Below the pieces are notes generated by a model. The model was not told where the DNA came from and ran no database searches. It saw only the letters and a program-made list of their open reading frames with translations. Shown piece by piece: positions 42,432 to 55,448 of a DNA stretch of 64,000 bases. Origin of the DNA: Oopsacas minuta (taxonomy: Eukaryota > Animalia > Porifera); assembly GCA_024704765.1 (NCBI GenBank), contig JAKMXF010000077.1, forward strand, positions 573,220 through 637,219. The letters are read 5' to 3'. Made by a program: the position numbers and the translations under genes. Numbering within the stretch: position 1 is the first letter of the stretch; the number at the start of each line of letters is the position of its first letter.

Positions 42432-45400
42432 ATGATAATAAAATATCAAAATAGTAGACTATAGTACAATAAAGCTGTATATAACAAAAATAAAAATAAA
42501 AAAAATTGTGTAGAAAAGAATGGAGTTAAAGGGACTAATTAGAAAATGCAATAAAGCACGCATCTGTTTATTTCAAAAGACAAAAATTCACACAAGTATC
42601 AAATATAATCATTTATTCTAGGGAAGTGTACTTAAAAATCAACTTACATTAAAATGACATTTGAGTAAAAACGAGACGTTATAGGGGAATTCTGATGACA
42701 GATTGAGAATCAGCATACTCAAGTTAACTAAAAACAACCCATGGATAATAATCAGCAAATTTGACGCAGGGCAGTGTTATCGAATGAAACTGTGTACAAC
42801 TGCATTCAATTGATACCACGGTATTAGATGGGAACAAGTGTCACAAGGTGCCAATGTTTGAGAGTTATCAACGCAAGAGGTAGCCATTACCCCACAATTT
42901 CCTCATGTTAATGTGACATAATCCGGGATAATACGAGAATCAAAATTGTACATGTATTATACATACGTGCTATGAGTTTTCATTACCAAATTGACATATA
43001 TGAAGACACAACTATATCCGAACGAGTTTGTTCGCACTGTTCACTTATCGAAAAAATATTACCACTTGATAGCACATAATATATTTCGATAATTGACCTT
43101 CACACCAGAATTCACATTCAACTACCGCACTTCGCTTGCTAGATCGCTGTGTGACAGCTTAATGCCTCAGGTTAGATTATATTTAAGACAGAAATTTCTT
43201 AGTGGTTTTTGGATAGCTACGTCAAGGGAAAACCTCGGGTGTACAATATAGGGGCAAATTTAAGAATATAATATCAATGGACCATCTAAATTACATTCAA
43301 TGCCTTCTGTGGTGGCACTGGAGATGCTACGTCGCTTTTGGTTAGCAATCACGGCAGATCGTGCCTCGGGAATTAAGAATTTCGGAAAATTGCCATATTT
43401 TGGAATTTCATTATGACGTAATAATCAAAAGATGAGTTAGCTGTTCATCAAATAATGACTGAAATTTGTTACATTGTGGGGTACCCGTGAATCAGTTTTC
43501 TAGCTTCTATCATGTATATATTGGATGAGCAGTACTTAATAAAGTGATCTTTGAAAATCAAACAAAGTGATAATGACGTCACAATTGCGTCAGCATCAGG
43601 TCCAGTATGCCCAAAATCAGTTTTGGGTGTATTTCAGGTTCTCCAATCAATTCTGGACATACATACATAAAAATTAGCATATATTTACACATTAATTGCG
43701 TTTAAATAACATAGACTACAAAAACGCCTCAATTCGTGATTGTTCTATTAAATATATTCTACACTTGATATCAACCAATTAGTATCAAAATCTATATCAA
43801 TATCCAAAGCGCCTCAATATAAACTTTCACACTTACAGCAGCCGTATTCTCTATGAAGTTAAGTTCGAACTAAAGACTTAAGTGCTATGTGCGAAATGGT
43901 ATCTACTAAGATTGGTTTTCACAAAAATTACATTCAAAATAGAATTTACTCGTGACTATTCACTAGTGAGTTTAAACTTAATTATGAACGAAAAGTTACC
44001 TACCTAAGTTTCTTAAATAGTATAAATTGCTGCATTATGATATTTCTCAAATATTTACCCACGACAATAGATTATATTCTAATATACCACACTATAATAC
44101 AAATATAAAATTAGTTTCTCCTTTAAACTGATATTTTCTATTCTATAATATAATCAGAAAATGATTGAAGGCATCAATAACTAGAGTGGATACTGACAAA
44201 TAGAAATCGTATTTTGCAGGACTCTCCTTGCTATCACACGAATTTAGTAATCATGCATACTAATTACCATACAAAACTGACCCCTTATATGAATGGGAAA
44301 GGTTAATATAGGCGGATTGGGTTAATATCAAATTGCTAATAGGCGTTTTTACTGTACAAAAATATTTTGATTATTTTAATTATAAAACATGGGTTCAAAT
44401 AAGAGTAAAATACGCATAGAAATTCAAAGAACTCAATAAACTTACATAAACACGAATGGTAAACCTAGTTAGAAATGAAATTTAAAAAAAGAAATTTCCA
44501 TTCCTGGTTGGAGTATATTTTGGAAGGAAAAGAGATTGAAAATTAAATGAATAACTATGGGAAAAATTTGTTCTCAGTATGATTTTTCTCTAAATGCCAT
44601 GTATCCCTAGTTATTACCAAGTTAAATAAGCTCATATATGAATCCAAGACAATGAACATACAGCAAATCTATACTATACTATAAGGTTAGAGCCTAGTAT
44701 TTTATATTTGAATAAGACCATACTAGTATAGGATAGCGTATGAATCACATTTTGATTTTTAGTAATATGTAGATGTTTATTTGATATTTCTGAAATTTTT
44801 TCACAACAGTCAATTTATCTCGACTTTTGAATTAATTATTTAATTCTATTTCATACGCTAAATCTCCTAAAGATGTGGAAAACTTTGCTTTTGATTTCAC
44901 TCACCTATCGTGCAAATTATATTGATTTACCTTTTAGAAATGTCCATGTGCCTTACCTCAAGTCAAACGGCCCATTCAAAAATCAAAGTTTGTACAATAA
45001 TAATTCCACATAATTATTATTTCATGGAAATATGTAATATGTGTAATTTTCTGGTGAATTTACATGTTATTAGAATCATGTATAGAATTTCAATAGCAGT
45101 CTAGTCCAGTCAATTACCCCTAGATAGATATTTACCGCTACTGAGCCCAGGCCTCCCTAGATGACCTTTATCAACTGAGAATAGCTATCTAGGCTGCCAG
45201 GAGTCAGTAGGAGTGCAACTAATCATAATCAGAAGTAGGGAAGCAATATAGACCTAAAGTGAAAATATGATGCTGTATCAACTCTTAAGTTCGGATATAA
45301 ACGTTAGTGAATATGGCTTGACTTCGAGCTTAACTAAGTTCGAACTTTAAACTTAAGTAAAAACCAAGAACTTAAATTATGAGGGAATCGACGGCAGATA

Positions 45401-48153
45401 TTTGTTACAATTCATTTCAACAGATAAATCAGATATCTTTGAAACATAAATATCTGGATTCTACATAATAGGGACTAGTAAGAAGTTCTCAGAGAAAAAG
45501 AGCTTGCTAGCAATCGATGCATTAACATCCGATATATGCAATGAAATCGGAAAAGAAAATATGTGCATTACTTTCGAAATTCAGATCAAGTATTCGAAAT
45601 AATTGAGTATCCATGTTATGGCTCTGATATAACACTATAAGAAACGATTTCACTCCCATGACCTCGGCTTTATGCATATATCACAGAAGATTATAGATAT
45701 ATGTTAGAGAATGGAAATTCAAAAGTTTAACAGAAGGGCTTGCCAAAATAGAATTTGAATTGAACATTTTGTCAAGGGCACAACTAGAAAAGATAAATCT
45801 ACAAGATAGTACTCCATTGTAGTCATATAGGACTATATCGTAACTAACACGTTGGGTGTGTTAGATTTTGAAGGAAAACAAATCTAAAAGTGATTCGCAA
45901 TATAACTATAATGATAACCCCATGCAGGGCAGCACAAGAGCTATGGCAGGAGTGCCAGCAGCTTCACTTTAGAAATCAATTGTTGTATACATTAAACCAA
46001 TTTTCCAAAATACAGCTAAAGAATTAAGTTGATATTCATTTATTATCATTTATGAATATAGATGTATTTCTAGCGATTGAGGACCAGGATGGGTGATAAA
46101 TAGATGTTAGGTCTCACCTTCAAAATTCAAAAGGATGAGGCACCATATACAAGTTAAATATTAATCACTTAAGTAACTTGGAGCTAGAAAATGTAATTTT
46201 GCAACAAAACCTTCAAATACAAAAGAGAGTAAATCCTGGATTAATTTTGATTCATATTTATCCTATATTTAAGCGATGCATGGGTATATCCCAATATGTA
46301 TGACATTGTATTAGTCTTGCATCAATCTGTATCACTCATCAATAAGAGGAATGCGAAACCAATGATAAATGTATATACAACGTGATGTATGCTGATTCAA
46401 CGAGAAACGGGTGGATACAACGTGATACAGAATGATACCAATAGGATTTATAGTTTGTGAATTATGGCTACAATATGACAATTGTATTTCCATAGCAACA
46501 CAGGAATGTAAGCACATTCCGATCATGTTATCGAAATTTTTCGAATCAACTCCATTAATTCATCATAATAAAAAGCAATCAGACCTAAAGATTTTAGAAA
46601 CAATGTCTATATACAGTTTCAAATTTGCATTTGTTGTATGAAAAATAGCACATCCAGCGACCACATGGTTACCAATATTTGACTGCAAATATGTATACTT
46701 TGATACCAGATTTCCATATGTTGATAATACATTTCTAAGGCCTATCACACGGATTTCAGAATATCAGCCTTACAAATCACGACTCTACAAAAACTGAACT
46801 CATAGTTTAACCAAGATTTGGTAGCAGATATAGAAGTATTTCAGTAGGCCATGCAGACACTCAACGCAGACAAGGGTTTTACGTCTGTACATATAAAACA
46901 TAGAAAAAAATAGTCAAAATAGTATGTCATATCGTACATGATCGAATCAATTTATTACATAGGTAAATTTTCAGACTAAAGTGCATGTATGGTATAGAAA
47001 GTGTTAGTTAGCGACCTGGATATTGCATAGTTTACCAGACCTGGCTTTCATTAGCCCTGCGTATATAAGGCTCCAAAGTTTATGAGGGGGCCTACGGTTT
47101 GCAGGGGGTACGTTTGCAAGGTACGTTAAAAAGGGGCTCCGCTTAAAATAGGGATTCATTGGATGTGCGCACCCACAATGTAACGACTCCTAGGGTTAAT
47201 GAGGGGCCCTTTTATCCTCACTTTCTGATATTTAAAAGTGATGATAAGCAGGGTCCGTGGCACATGCCACAAGGTTCTCCCGGGCCTGTTGGTTATATCG
47301 AACTCTGTTTGTATAGAAGTACTTTCGTGGTGCCGTGAGCTTCAATATATCGGGAGTTAACAGCATATTTGATGTAGGAATCAATATATTATAGGTATTT
47401 GTGAAACCTTTTAAATATTTAACAACAATTCGGATAATTCGCTGATGTAAACAGGAAAAGTGATCATTTTGGTTAAACTAAAGGAAAGCGAAAGCATACG
47501 AAATTTAATATAAGCATAAAAGGGAATATACCTATACATACCATTTGCTTAGTAACTGCACTCAGAATGAATTCATATGTAAATCCTTGCAGAATATCTG
47601 GATTCGAAAATTTTCCGCTTTGGGTGAGACATTCTTCTAACAAGGATCCACTTGTAATAGAAGATGGAAATGAACAGCTTGATGAAATATTCATTACTAT
47701 ATATACATAAAAATCATCAATAATTTCAGGATCTTGATAGTGAGATATAGAGGAAAGATTTTGCAAAACATAGTTGGAAGAAGGATCTTGTGAAACAATT
47801 GTAAAGAGAAGATAAAATCTAACAAAAAGAATGATAAAGGAACTATGTTAAAATATTTGCTGTCATCGATACAACTAGACTCATGGACAAAGACGAGGTA
47901 ATGCCCACCACCATACATTTCTATTATGGCGGAGCCACATCTGAGTGGGCACTCAAATTCAAATATGGGCATGTGCCCATCCAAATTGCCCTAGTTGTGA
48001 CTATGATTTGTATTTCGGATATACAATTGAGCTCAGTGTTACTTGATTACAGTTAAATGAATGATAGGAACATAGTCTTCTAGAATTCTAAAATGTCAGA
48101 ATTAATTAAGTCAGGGTTGGGCACAAATTAAAATTTTCCCACCTTTCTACATA

Positions 48154-48799
48154 CAGGGGCGTCGGAAGTGGGGGAATGGGGTACTCATCCCCCCCATGAT
48201 TTAGACAGAGGGCGATAATCCTCTCCTATAATTGTGAGTGAGTATTAAAATATTTTCGAATTTATTAGAACATTTTACCAATTTAGGAAGGAAATAATGT
48301 AGAATAGTTTACACTCCGGATCGGCATTCTCGATACTTGTTTGAAAATAGTTATATACCAACTACGATGGGGGTTATCCCATCGAGTGTATTATCCCCCC
48401 TTAATAGTTTAAGTTGTGAAATTTTTCAACAGAAACCTCACACATCCAGTAATTGGTTGAAGCCAGCTGGAGTATATCTTTATATTATCTAGTTGTATAA
48501 TTGCACCTCACATGTATTGTAATAATTTACTGCTAACAACAAAGCTGGTCAAAGAGTAATGTTCCATTTGTTTCATGGCTGCTGATTACTAACTGCACCA
48601 GTAGTACATAAGCATTGAATATAATACAGTTCAGATTTTCAAAAATTACATTATCTATAAATGCTGGACACTGTGAAAGGAAGTTTGGGAGATTGCCAAA
48701 GCTCTAATTTAGCCTATCTAGATTTCTAAATTGAGTGTTATTATTCATGCATTCATATCATTAAATCCCCCCATAAAATACTAGCTTCCGACGCCCCTG
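48154..48799. mobile_element. Non-autonomous hAT-like element, 646 bp
   Basis: Perfect 15-bp TIRs CAGGGGCGTCGGAAG / CTTCCGACGCCCCTG. The flanking 8-mers TCTACATA / TCCACATG match 6/8, consistent with a decayed 8-bp TSD. Confidence 0.75.
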
Positions 48800-50322
48800 T
48801 CCACATGGGATTAGCTCAGCCACAGAACCCACAATTCGAAAATATGATTCAACTAGATTTCCGAGTGAAATCACACTTGTATGTTAACAAGATATTTAAT
48901 AGAAATGTGGAAAATATATCTTCATTTACTATATCACATTGGAGTAACTTGAATAGTCAATTATAGCGAGTACATATGCTCCAATGAGGAAAGTCTTCTC
49001 TGTAATATAGATATTCTCAATTATACTCAGAAAATATGACGCAATGTGAATGTAGAATTTAGTCAGGTGTAGGATTCTAGAAATATTAGAACTTGACAAA
49101 GGAGACAATAAAATTGTAAGCCTGGCAAATTTGGTGCGCGACAAAAATTTCTCCTACATTTATATAGAATATATGCATTGAAACAGAATCAAAACATAAT
49201 TTTACTATCACATTAAGATTTGGGATTATACACGAGTTTTAGAGTTTCGCTGTTTACAATAGAACCTCGATTGTCCTATACCAAGTTCATCCGAACAGCA
49301 GGAAGAACTTTTTGTGAAATAAGTGGAATATGATCATATTAAGCCTTCATTATTAAATTATACATGCATTCAATTCAAAGTATTTCTTGAAAAATTCTAT
49401 TTTTGCATAATGCTCTTTATGTATTAGCAATACGATTGAATTGCTTATAATATTCAAATTTAAGCTGAACAGTATGTAAATTTCAATTCTGTCCGCCAGT
49501 TGGTTACACAATCAAATAGCCAACACCAACTTGAAATCCATGTTTGTCATATATATGTTCCATAATTTGAAAATATGACCTGATGAAGTCTTGTGACTAA
49601 TTGTGTATTTATGAGATCAGGCGTCATCGCAACAATAAGTCACTGAAACCAGAATTTTGTGATGTTGGCATGCAATCTGTGGGTCTATGAGATGTGAAAC
49701 TAAATTAACAGAATAGGAACTGAAAATGAATTTTGCCATTGTATAGCTAACCATTGAGAATTATAATTATGATTGAGTTTAAGCAAATAGTAGTGACAAA
49801 TAAATGTTTTAATTTCAGAAATTATTTATTCATATAGAAAAATTGGTGAGATGAAAGCGTAGTATCATGTAGTTCCTCTGGAAGCAGGGGAAATGCGGTA
49901 AAGAGATTCTTTTAGAAATGTCTGAAGTCTGTGAGGACAAAGGCCTACTATATACACTGTCTAATATTGGAAGGAACGTTTTGAAGACTGTTGGAATAAA
50001 GCTGTGCAAACACATGGGACGTTCAATTAAGATTACAATTACGATTCACTATGATAGAAATAACTGATTAATACACGTGCTAAGATTACGATTGCAGTAA
50101 ATAGTGTAATCGATTACAATCGAATAGAATTATAATCGTTTTGGCCCAAATCTGAAATTTAGAAGGATCTTTGCCTTGTACTCTGTTGCGTATCAGCTGG
50201 GGAGCTGGAAGGCTGTAGCCTCCACCAGCAAAAGCTGGAAATTACAAATATCCTTGCAATAGGAGTATACGTAGACAAGTAAAAGACAAAAAATCTATTA
50301 TATGTGTATATATATGTATATA

Positions 50323-50477
50323 CAGTGGAGTTCGCTTATTAGCAAGTCGTGATTTTATGAGAAAACTTGCTTAGAGGCGAACTTGCTAATAAGGGTACAT
50401 AATTGATGCAATTTGGGCCATCGTGAACCCTCATAACTTGCTAATATGCGAATCTTGCTAATAAGCGAACTCTACTG
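50323..50477. mobile_element. pogo-like MITE, 155 bp
   Basis: TA|CAGTGGAGTTCGCTTATTAGCAAG ... TTGCTAATAAGCGAACTCTACTG|TA. Confidence 0.85.
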
Positions 50478-52683
50478 TATATAGAATGTCAGTATTTCCA
50501 GAATTGAGAGAAGAAATTCGAAGACCTCCAAGCTGATTTGGGCATACCCAGGGTATTTTGCACCTGACTCGGACAAGTCTGAGTCTTGGAAGAAAAGTAC
50601 AACTTAAGACGAAAATATGACGTAATGATCACCTATTTGGATTAACGAGGAATCACATTATTAGCCTCTACCCAGCCAATATAAATGCTAGATGGCTGAA
50701 ATTTGAATCACATGCAATCCACAATATGTTAAATGTCCTGACATCATTAGTTGTAAAATTGCAAACTCATCAAGAAATTATTATATCATCATGGCTGTAG
50801 AAAAAGTTATAGAATTATTTATATACGAGGTATGAAGTGCCGCGATTACCAACTAAAAGCCACATAAGTGCTCCAGTATTATCACAGAAACATGGATAAT
50901 ATAATATTAAAATTTGCAGAAAAATTAATTAGTTGCACGTGGTGGCGAGTATATCCCGTCGCGTTGCTACACATAAGCACTGCCAAATGTAGCTGGTTCA
51001 TATTTATGCGAAAACAAAGGACATTTCTCAAGGATATTTCTACCCGTTGCGCAACTACATAGCAAGCGAAGCTCGCTAGTGCATATGAAAAACACTTTGG
51101 TGTTACCATTAACAAAATCATCCGAATCGAGTATGATCGATTTGGAATCATCACTAAGTAATATCTGTCAATTTCACGTGGAATATTTATCTAAATGGTT
51201 ATTTCTATTTACATTTTTCCTCACACAGTCGAAACATTTTGAGACAGCATTATCTTTCCTCTTTCCCAAATGATGAACCTTTTTACGTTATTTCCGCATA
51301 GGAACCCTATCTGACCATTTTGCTCATCGATACTTAAGGAGGGAGCAGAAATATTGATTTGGACTGTAAAGGAGTGTATAAATTACTAGTTTTCTTTCGG
51401 AATTTGTGTGATCTTTATATATGTTACTTTGTAATACTCTTAAATGTTATCGATAAGCTTCAAGGAGTTTATTAATTTTTGAAACAAACAAAGTAGTATA
51501 CAGGGCATTAGGATCTTTGGAAAAAATCTTACAATCGGGATCGAGAATCATTTTCGAGGACAGGAAGTAGATCGTGTAATAAATTCCTAAGATTCATTAT
51601 TATAGAATAAAAACAAAACCTAGAGGAGGATATTACTGACGAATAGAATTGGGTCATATTTTGTACAATTTGCCAAATAGTTTCAATCATAATCAAATTG
51701 ATCTGCAAAATATATAGGTATCTCATTAAAAATTGTATTCAATTTTATCCCTTAAATGATATATCAATACGTGGTGATGCCCAAAATATTGATTCAATCA
51801 TTTGATTGATTTAGGATGGCTAGATATTTATACATATTTAAGACCTTTCCGGGTAAAATATTCGATGCATGTACTAACAATGTTCTGATCCTCATGCAAT
51901 CGACCCAACTTTTAGGAGTTGTAACAGACTGTAAGACTTTTTCCTCTGGTCATAATCCTTCATATGTAATCGGGAAATTATAGTGTATAATATATTACGT
52001 ATTTTATTGATAATATAATAGTTGGAACATCACAACTGCCATCCTACTTTATATTGTACCGATTTTCATCTCATATCTTTAAATAAATAATAATTCAGGA
52101 GAATTTTGCGTCACTACTCTCTTTATTAATATATTTTCAACAACCTGGAAACAACCGTTATCGTAAAGCATAAATAAAAGACAAAATCTGTATATTTTAA
52201 CTGTCAATGACCTCGTCTGTAATGTTCATTTCTTCCAGCATTTGTATAGCATTTAAATAGCGCTAGACCTATTACAATGATGTCCAAAGATAGCAACAAC
52301 AAAGTATCTCTGACATCTATTCATCGCTGGCACTGCAATACATGGGCTCTGCTCTGACTTTGTCGAAATTTGGGATTGATAACATTCCTCTAGATCCAAT
52401 TTTAGATGTTTTGATAGATAACCAACTGCGACATGATAAATTTGACAGAACTCACAGTTAATATTATCATGACCGGCAGTGAGGGGTCTTTTATTGGTGC
52501 CTTAGATACAAATCTTTGGTGGCTGACAAGTTCTCTCACTATCTCCAAATAGTTTTAGAGAATTACAACAACCCGTGCAAATTTTACCTTATTAATCGTT
52601 AAGTCTTTCTAACTATTGTTGAACAAGACTAAACACATGCGCGTAGTAGATTGTTATCGTTCTCTTATTTACTTTCAAAATAG

Positions 52684-55250
52684 GAATTTCAAGAATTTCA
52701 TAAGAAGATAAATGTCAACACCAGAAGAACCACAGCATACCACCCACAAAGTAACGGACTGTTGAGTCACACAACAAAATATTGAAAACGTGAGTATTGA
52801 TGCTAAATATAAATATATATCTATTCAAAGCCTTACATACGTTTAATACACGTCGTTTATAATTAGATAGCTTTGAATCAATTTAACACTTTTACAAATA
52901 GAAAAATTAACAAGATGCAATCTGATGGGGACACTGAATGGACAGAGAAATTACAGACAGCAGTACTAGCAGCAAATGCTCAAACCAAAATCTCTACAAG
53001 CTACACACCCTTTTATCTCATGTTTGGGAGAGACTTTGACTCATCTAACCTTCTCAATCAAATCACTTCTCCACTAACTCCGGATTACTATCCGATGCTG
53101 ATACCTCAGAGGCAGAAGTATCAGAAGATGAGAATATTCAAATGGATGCATACGAACCACGCCCATTTGACTTTCCTATAATTGATAACGAATGGATAGA
53201 AAATCTTTCTTCCACACGTAAAGCTGACAGAATGAATGCTATTGAAAACATCAAGGCAGATCAGAAAGTTCAAAAGAAAACATATGACAGCAAAGTTAAA
53301 CACAACAGGTAAGAAATAGTGAAAACACATTCTTGTGTGATGAAACATGTTGGAAATTCATACATCATCTCTTACTAAAATTAAATTAAATCCACTGACT
53401 GTTGTATAATCCGATGAATATGAAATAGTCTTGAATCGGAACTAATTTATTGTTTCCTCAATATTATATGAATTCTTAAATTCCAAAACACTTACTTTTA
53501 GTTTTATAATTAGCATCATTACAAACTGTACGTAATTGGCACATTATAATTCTTTGTATAATTATTGTGTAAACTTTAGATCAGAATTTGTGGAAGGAGA
53601 TGAGGTACTTGTACATAATATAAAGAAAGCCAAAAGACACCCAGGAACAAAAGATGCAAAGAAATATTTGGGACCATATACGATAGAGAAAGTTAAACCA
53701 AGCCACCTAGTTGCTCACAAAGACCCAGATAGCTAAACAACAAAATTACCTATCCACCTATCAAGAAAATATCATTCTCGCATGAACGAAAAACGGCAGG
53801 TTCGAACGAAGAAAGGCAAATCAAAGAAGCCCTAAAGATCTTGCAAATTCCCTTCTAGCGGTAAATTTGTTAGCGAGACAATATTGTACTGAACTATAAC
53901 TAATTGACTCAGCCCATGATTAAGTACATATAAACTAGTTGTGTTTTGTATTGATTCGATTAATACGTAATAGCAATCCTACATTTCACATATTTATTTT
54001 TATTTAGATTCTTTGGATGATATATTGAACCTGGATACCATGGAAGAAACATTTGAAACACCACAACAACACTCAATCTATGAAAATATCGACTCTGAGC
54101 TACTTCAATTGAAACCTCGAATACTATCAGCCCTTGTCAATAGCACATACTTAACCTAACCACATGAGAAACTCGCTACAAAAGCTGCATCTCTAACTTC
54201 ATTGATTTTACTATATTCTTACCATCCACCCAACGAACAAGATTTTGAGATTAAGGAGAAACTTGCTGTATCAGCCGATAATTGGTACGCAGAATATCGT
54301 TCCTCCTATCCTACTGAAATACTTGAAGAGACACGAAAAGATCTTGGCTATCCAATTGTTGTTCTATTATCAGTAATAATTGAGTTAATATTCCCAACTG
54401 AGCAGGTTCATGAGATCATTGAAATACCAGAACAATCTATACAAAATACATCAGATCTTATACATATCCTAAATGGAGGAGAGTATAACAACATCGTGCA
54501 ATCTAACACCTGTTCTATCGACAATATATTGGCTATTCTTAGTTCGAATAAAGCAACCATCATAGACTCACTGAAGTTAATCGGAAGTACACATATTGAA
54601 GCTAAATTCCACTACATATTCCAATTGGCTGCTAATTGTGAATTTGAGAAACTTCGAGAATATGTTGCTACTAAAATTGGGCTTGAAGTTATTTATGATT
54701 CCTCAGGATTGATACGATCTTACGATTTCTTTGGATCAGAGGGTAACATCATCAAATATTTACGAACAGAAGATTTGTGTAACGACAAATATTTCACTAT
54801 CTTCCAATGCCACCAATGCATCAATATCTTTGAGACACAATCCATGATTAGTAATATAGGAGGCGTTATTACAAACCTGGAATCATCTGTTAATCGAAGT
54901 CTCGTTCCTATTAAATGCAAGTCTTGTGGATCAACTACTGCTGTCTTAGAGAGGATATCTGGTCAATTCAAGTCAATACCTGTCATGCTAACAATTGAAA
55001 TCGGACATCTACCCGAATTGCCAGACATTTTTGCAAGTGATATTGACAAACACTTTACCATCAGTCACAACCAACGGACACTTCACTACCAACTTGCTGG
55101 CTTTAGCATATTGAGCAATAGACACTTCTATTCAATCCTTTACCAAAACGGGCAATTCTATAAATATGACGAATGAGAGAACCAATTATCCAACTTTGGG
55201 ACTGTGACACTTTCATCGGATCACTCAATACTGTTTCTACTTCTTGCACT
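52684..55250 (+). pseudogene. Intron-containing Gypsy-type integrase (Ginger-like transposase) fused to a USP/peptidase C19-like domain
   Basis: RTTAYHPQSNGL(V)ESHNK (catalytic E region, 1-bp deletion), STSYTPFYLMFGR, QKKTYD and F.EGDEVL...KYLGPY (GPY/F). GT-AG introns at 52790-52901, 53309-53579 and 53861-54007 join in consistent phases (2, 2, 1) into the frame of ORF 54202-55176. A possible integrase zinc finger (YY*...CTICQ) lies at ~51630-51680. TIRs were not found. Confidence 0.75.
54202..55176 (+). CDS. USP-like (ubiquitin-specific protease fold) domain, 324-aa open frame within the last exon
   Basis: Cys-box-like SNTCSID, zinc-ribbon CHQC...CKSC, IPVMLTIEIG, and His-box-like YQLAGF...RHFYS.L.QNG.FYKYD. 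A frameshifted VFYF tail lies near 55235. Confidence 0.6.
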   Translation: MILLYSYHPPNEQDFEIKEKLAVSADNWYAEYRSSYPTEILEETRKDLGYPIVVLLSVIIELIFPTEQVHEIIEIPEQSIQNTSDLIHILNGGEYNNIVQSNTCSIDNILAILSSNKATIIDSLKLIGSTHIEAKFHYIFQLAANCEFEKLREYVATKIGLEVIYDSSGLIRSYDFFGSEGNIIKYLRTEDLCNDKYFTIFQCHQCINIFETQSMISNIGGVITNLESSVNRSLVPIKCKSCGSTTAVLERISGQFKSIPVMLTIEIGHLPELPDIFASDIDKHFTISHNQRTLHYQLAGFSILSNRHFYSILYQNGQFYKYDE

Positions 55251-55448
55251 CTTCTGACTAATTCTTAGCGGTTCACGACTCTTTTCCATCATTCGAAAGT
55301 GCTCAAAGGCAGGTATATCGAACTTTGTGGGGACCTCTGCCCGAGGTTATTCAGGAAACGCAATCCCTATCATGGTGAGCCCAGATAATGAAACGCGACC
55401 TGCAACAGCACATCCCCAGTGGCGAATATCATCACTCTACCATCTAAG

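Larger units (their letters stand above)
40431..42776 (-). mobile_element. Second Chapaev3-type transposon (different family), full length, defective
   Basis: TIRs CACAGCCCTGCG / CGCAGGGCAGTG with the 3-bp TSD TTA (40428-30, 42777-79), i.e. canonical TWA. Length 2346 bp. Confidence 0.9.

Noticed and set aside
47036-47288. Possible CAGGCC-type hAT MITE
   Set aside because: The TIR match is short and imperfect, and the flanks match only 5/8.
47473-47984. Two minus-strand ORFs with transmembrane-like composition, possibly host exons
   Set aside because: No family motif and no convincing splice-site set.
51040-51080. Hairpin plus CTAGT resembling a Helitron 3' end (similar at ~58300-58325)
   Set aside because: The hairpin is weak and the spacing atypical. 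No 5' TC end or Rep/Hel sequence was found.
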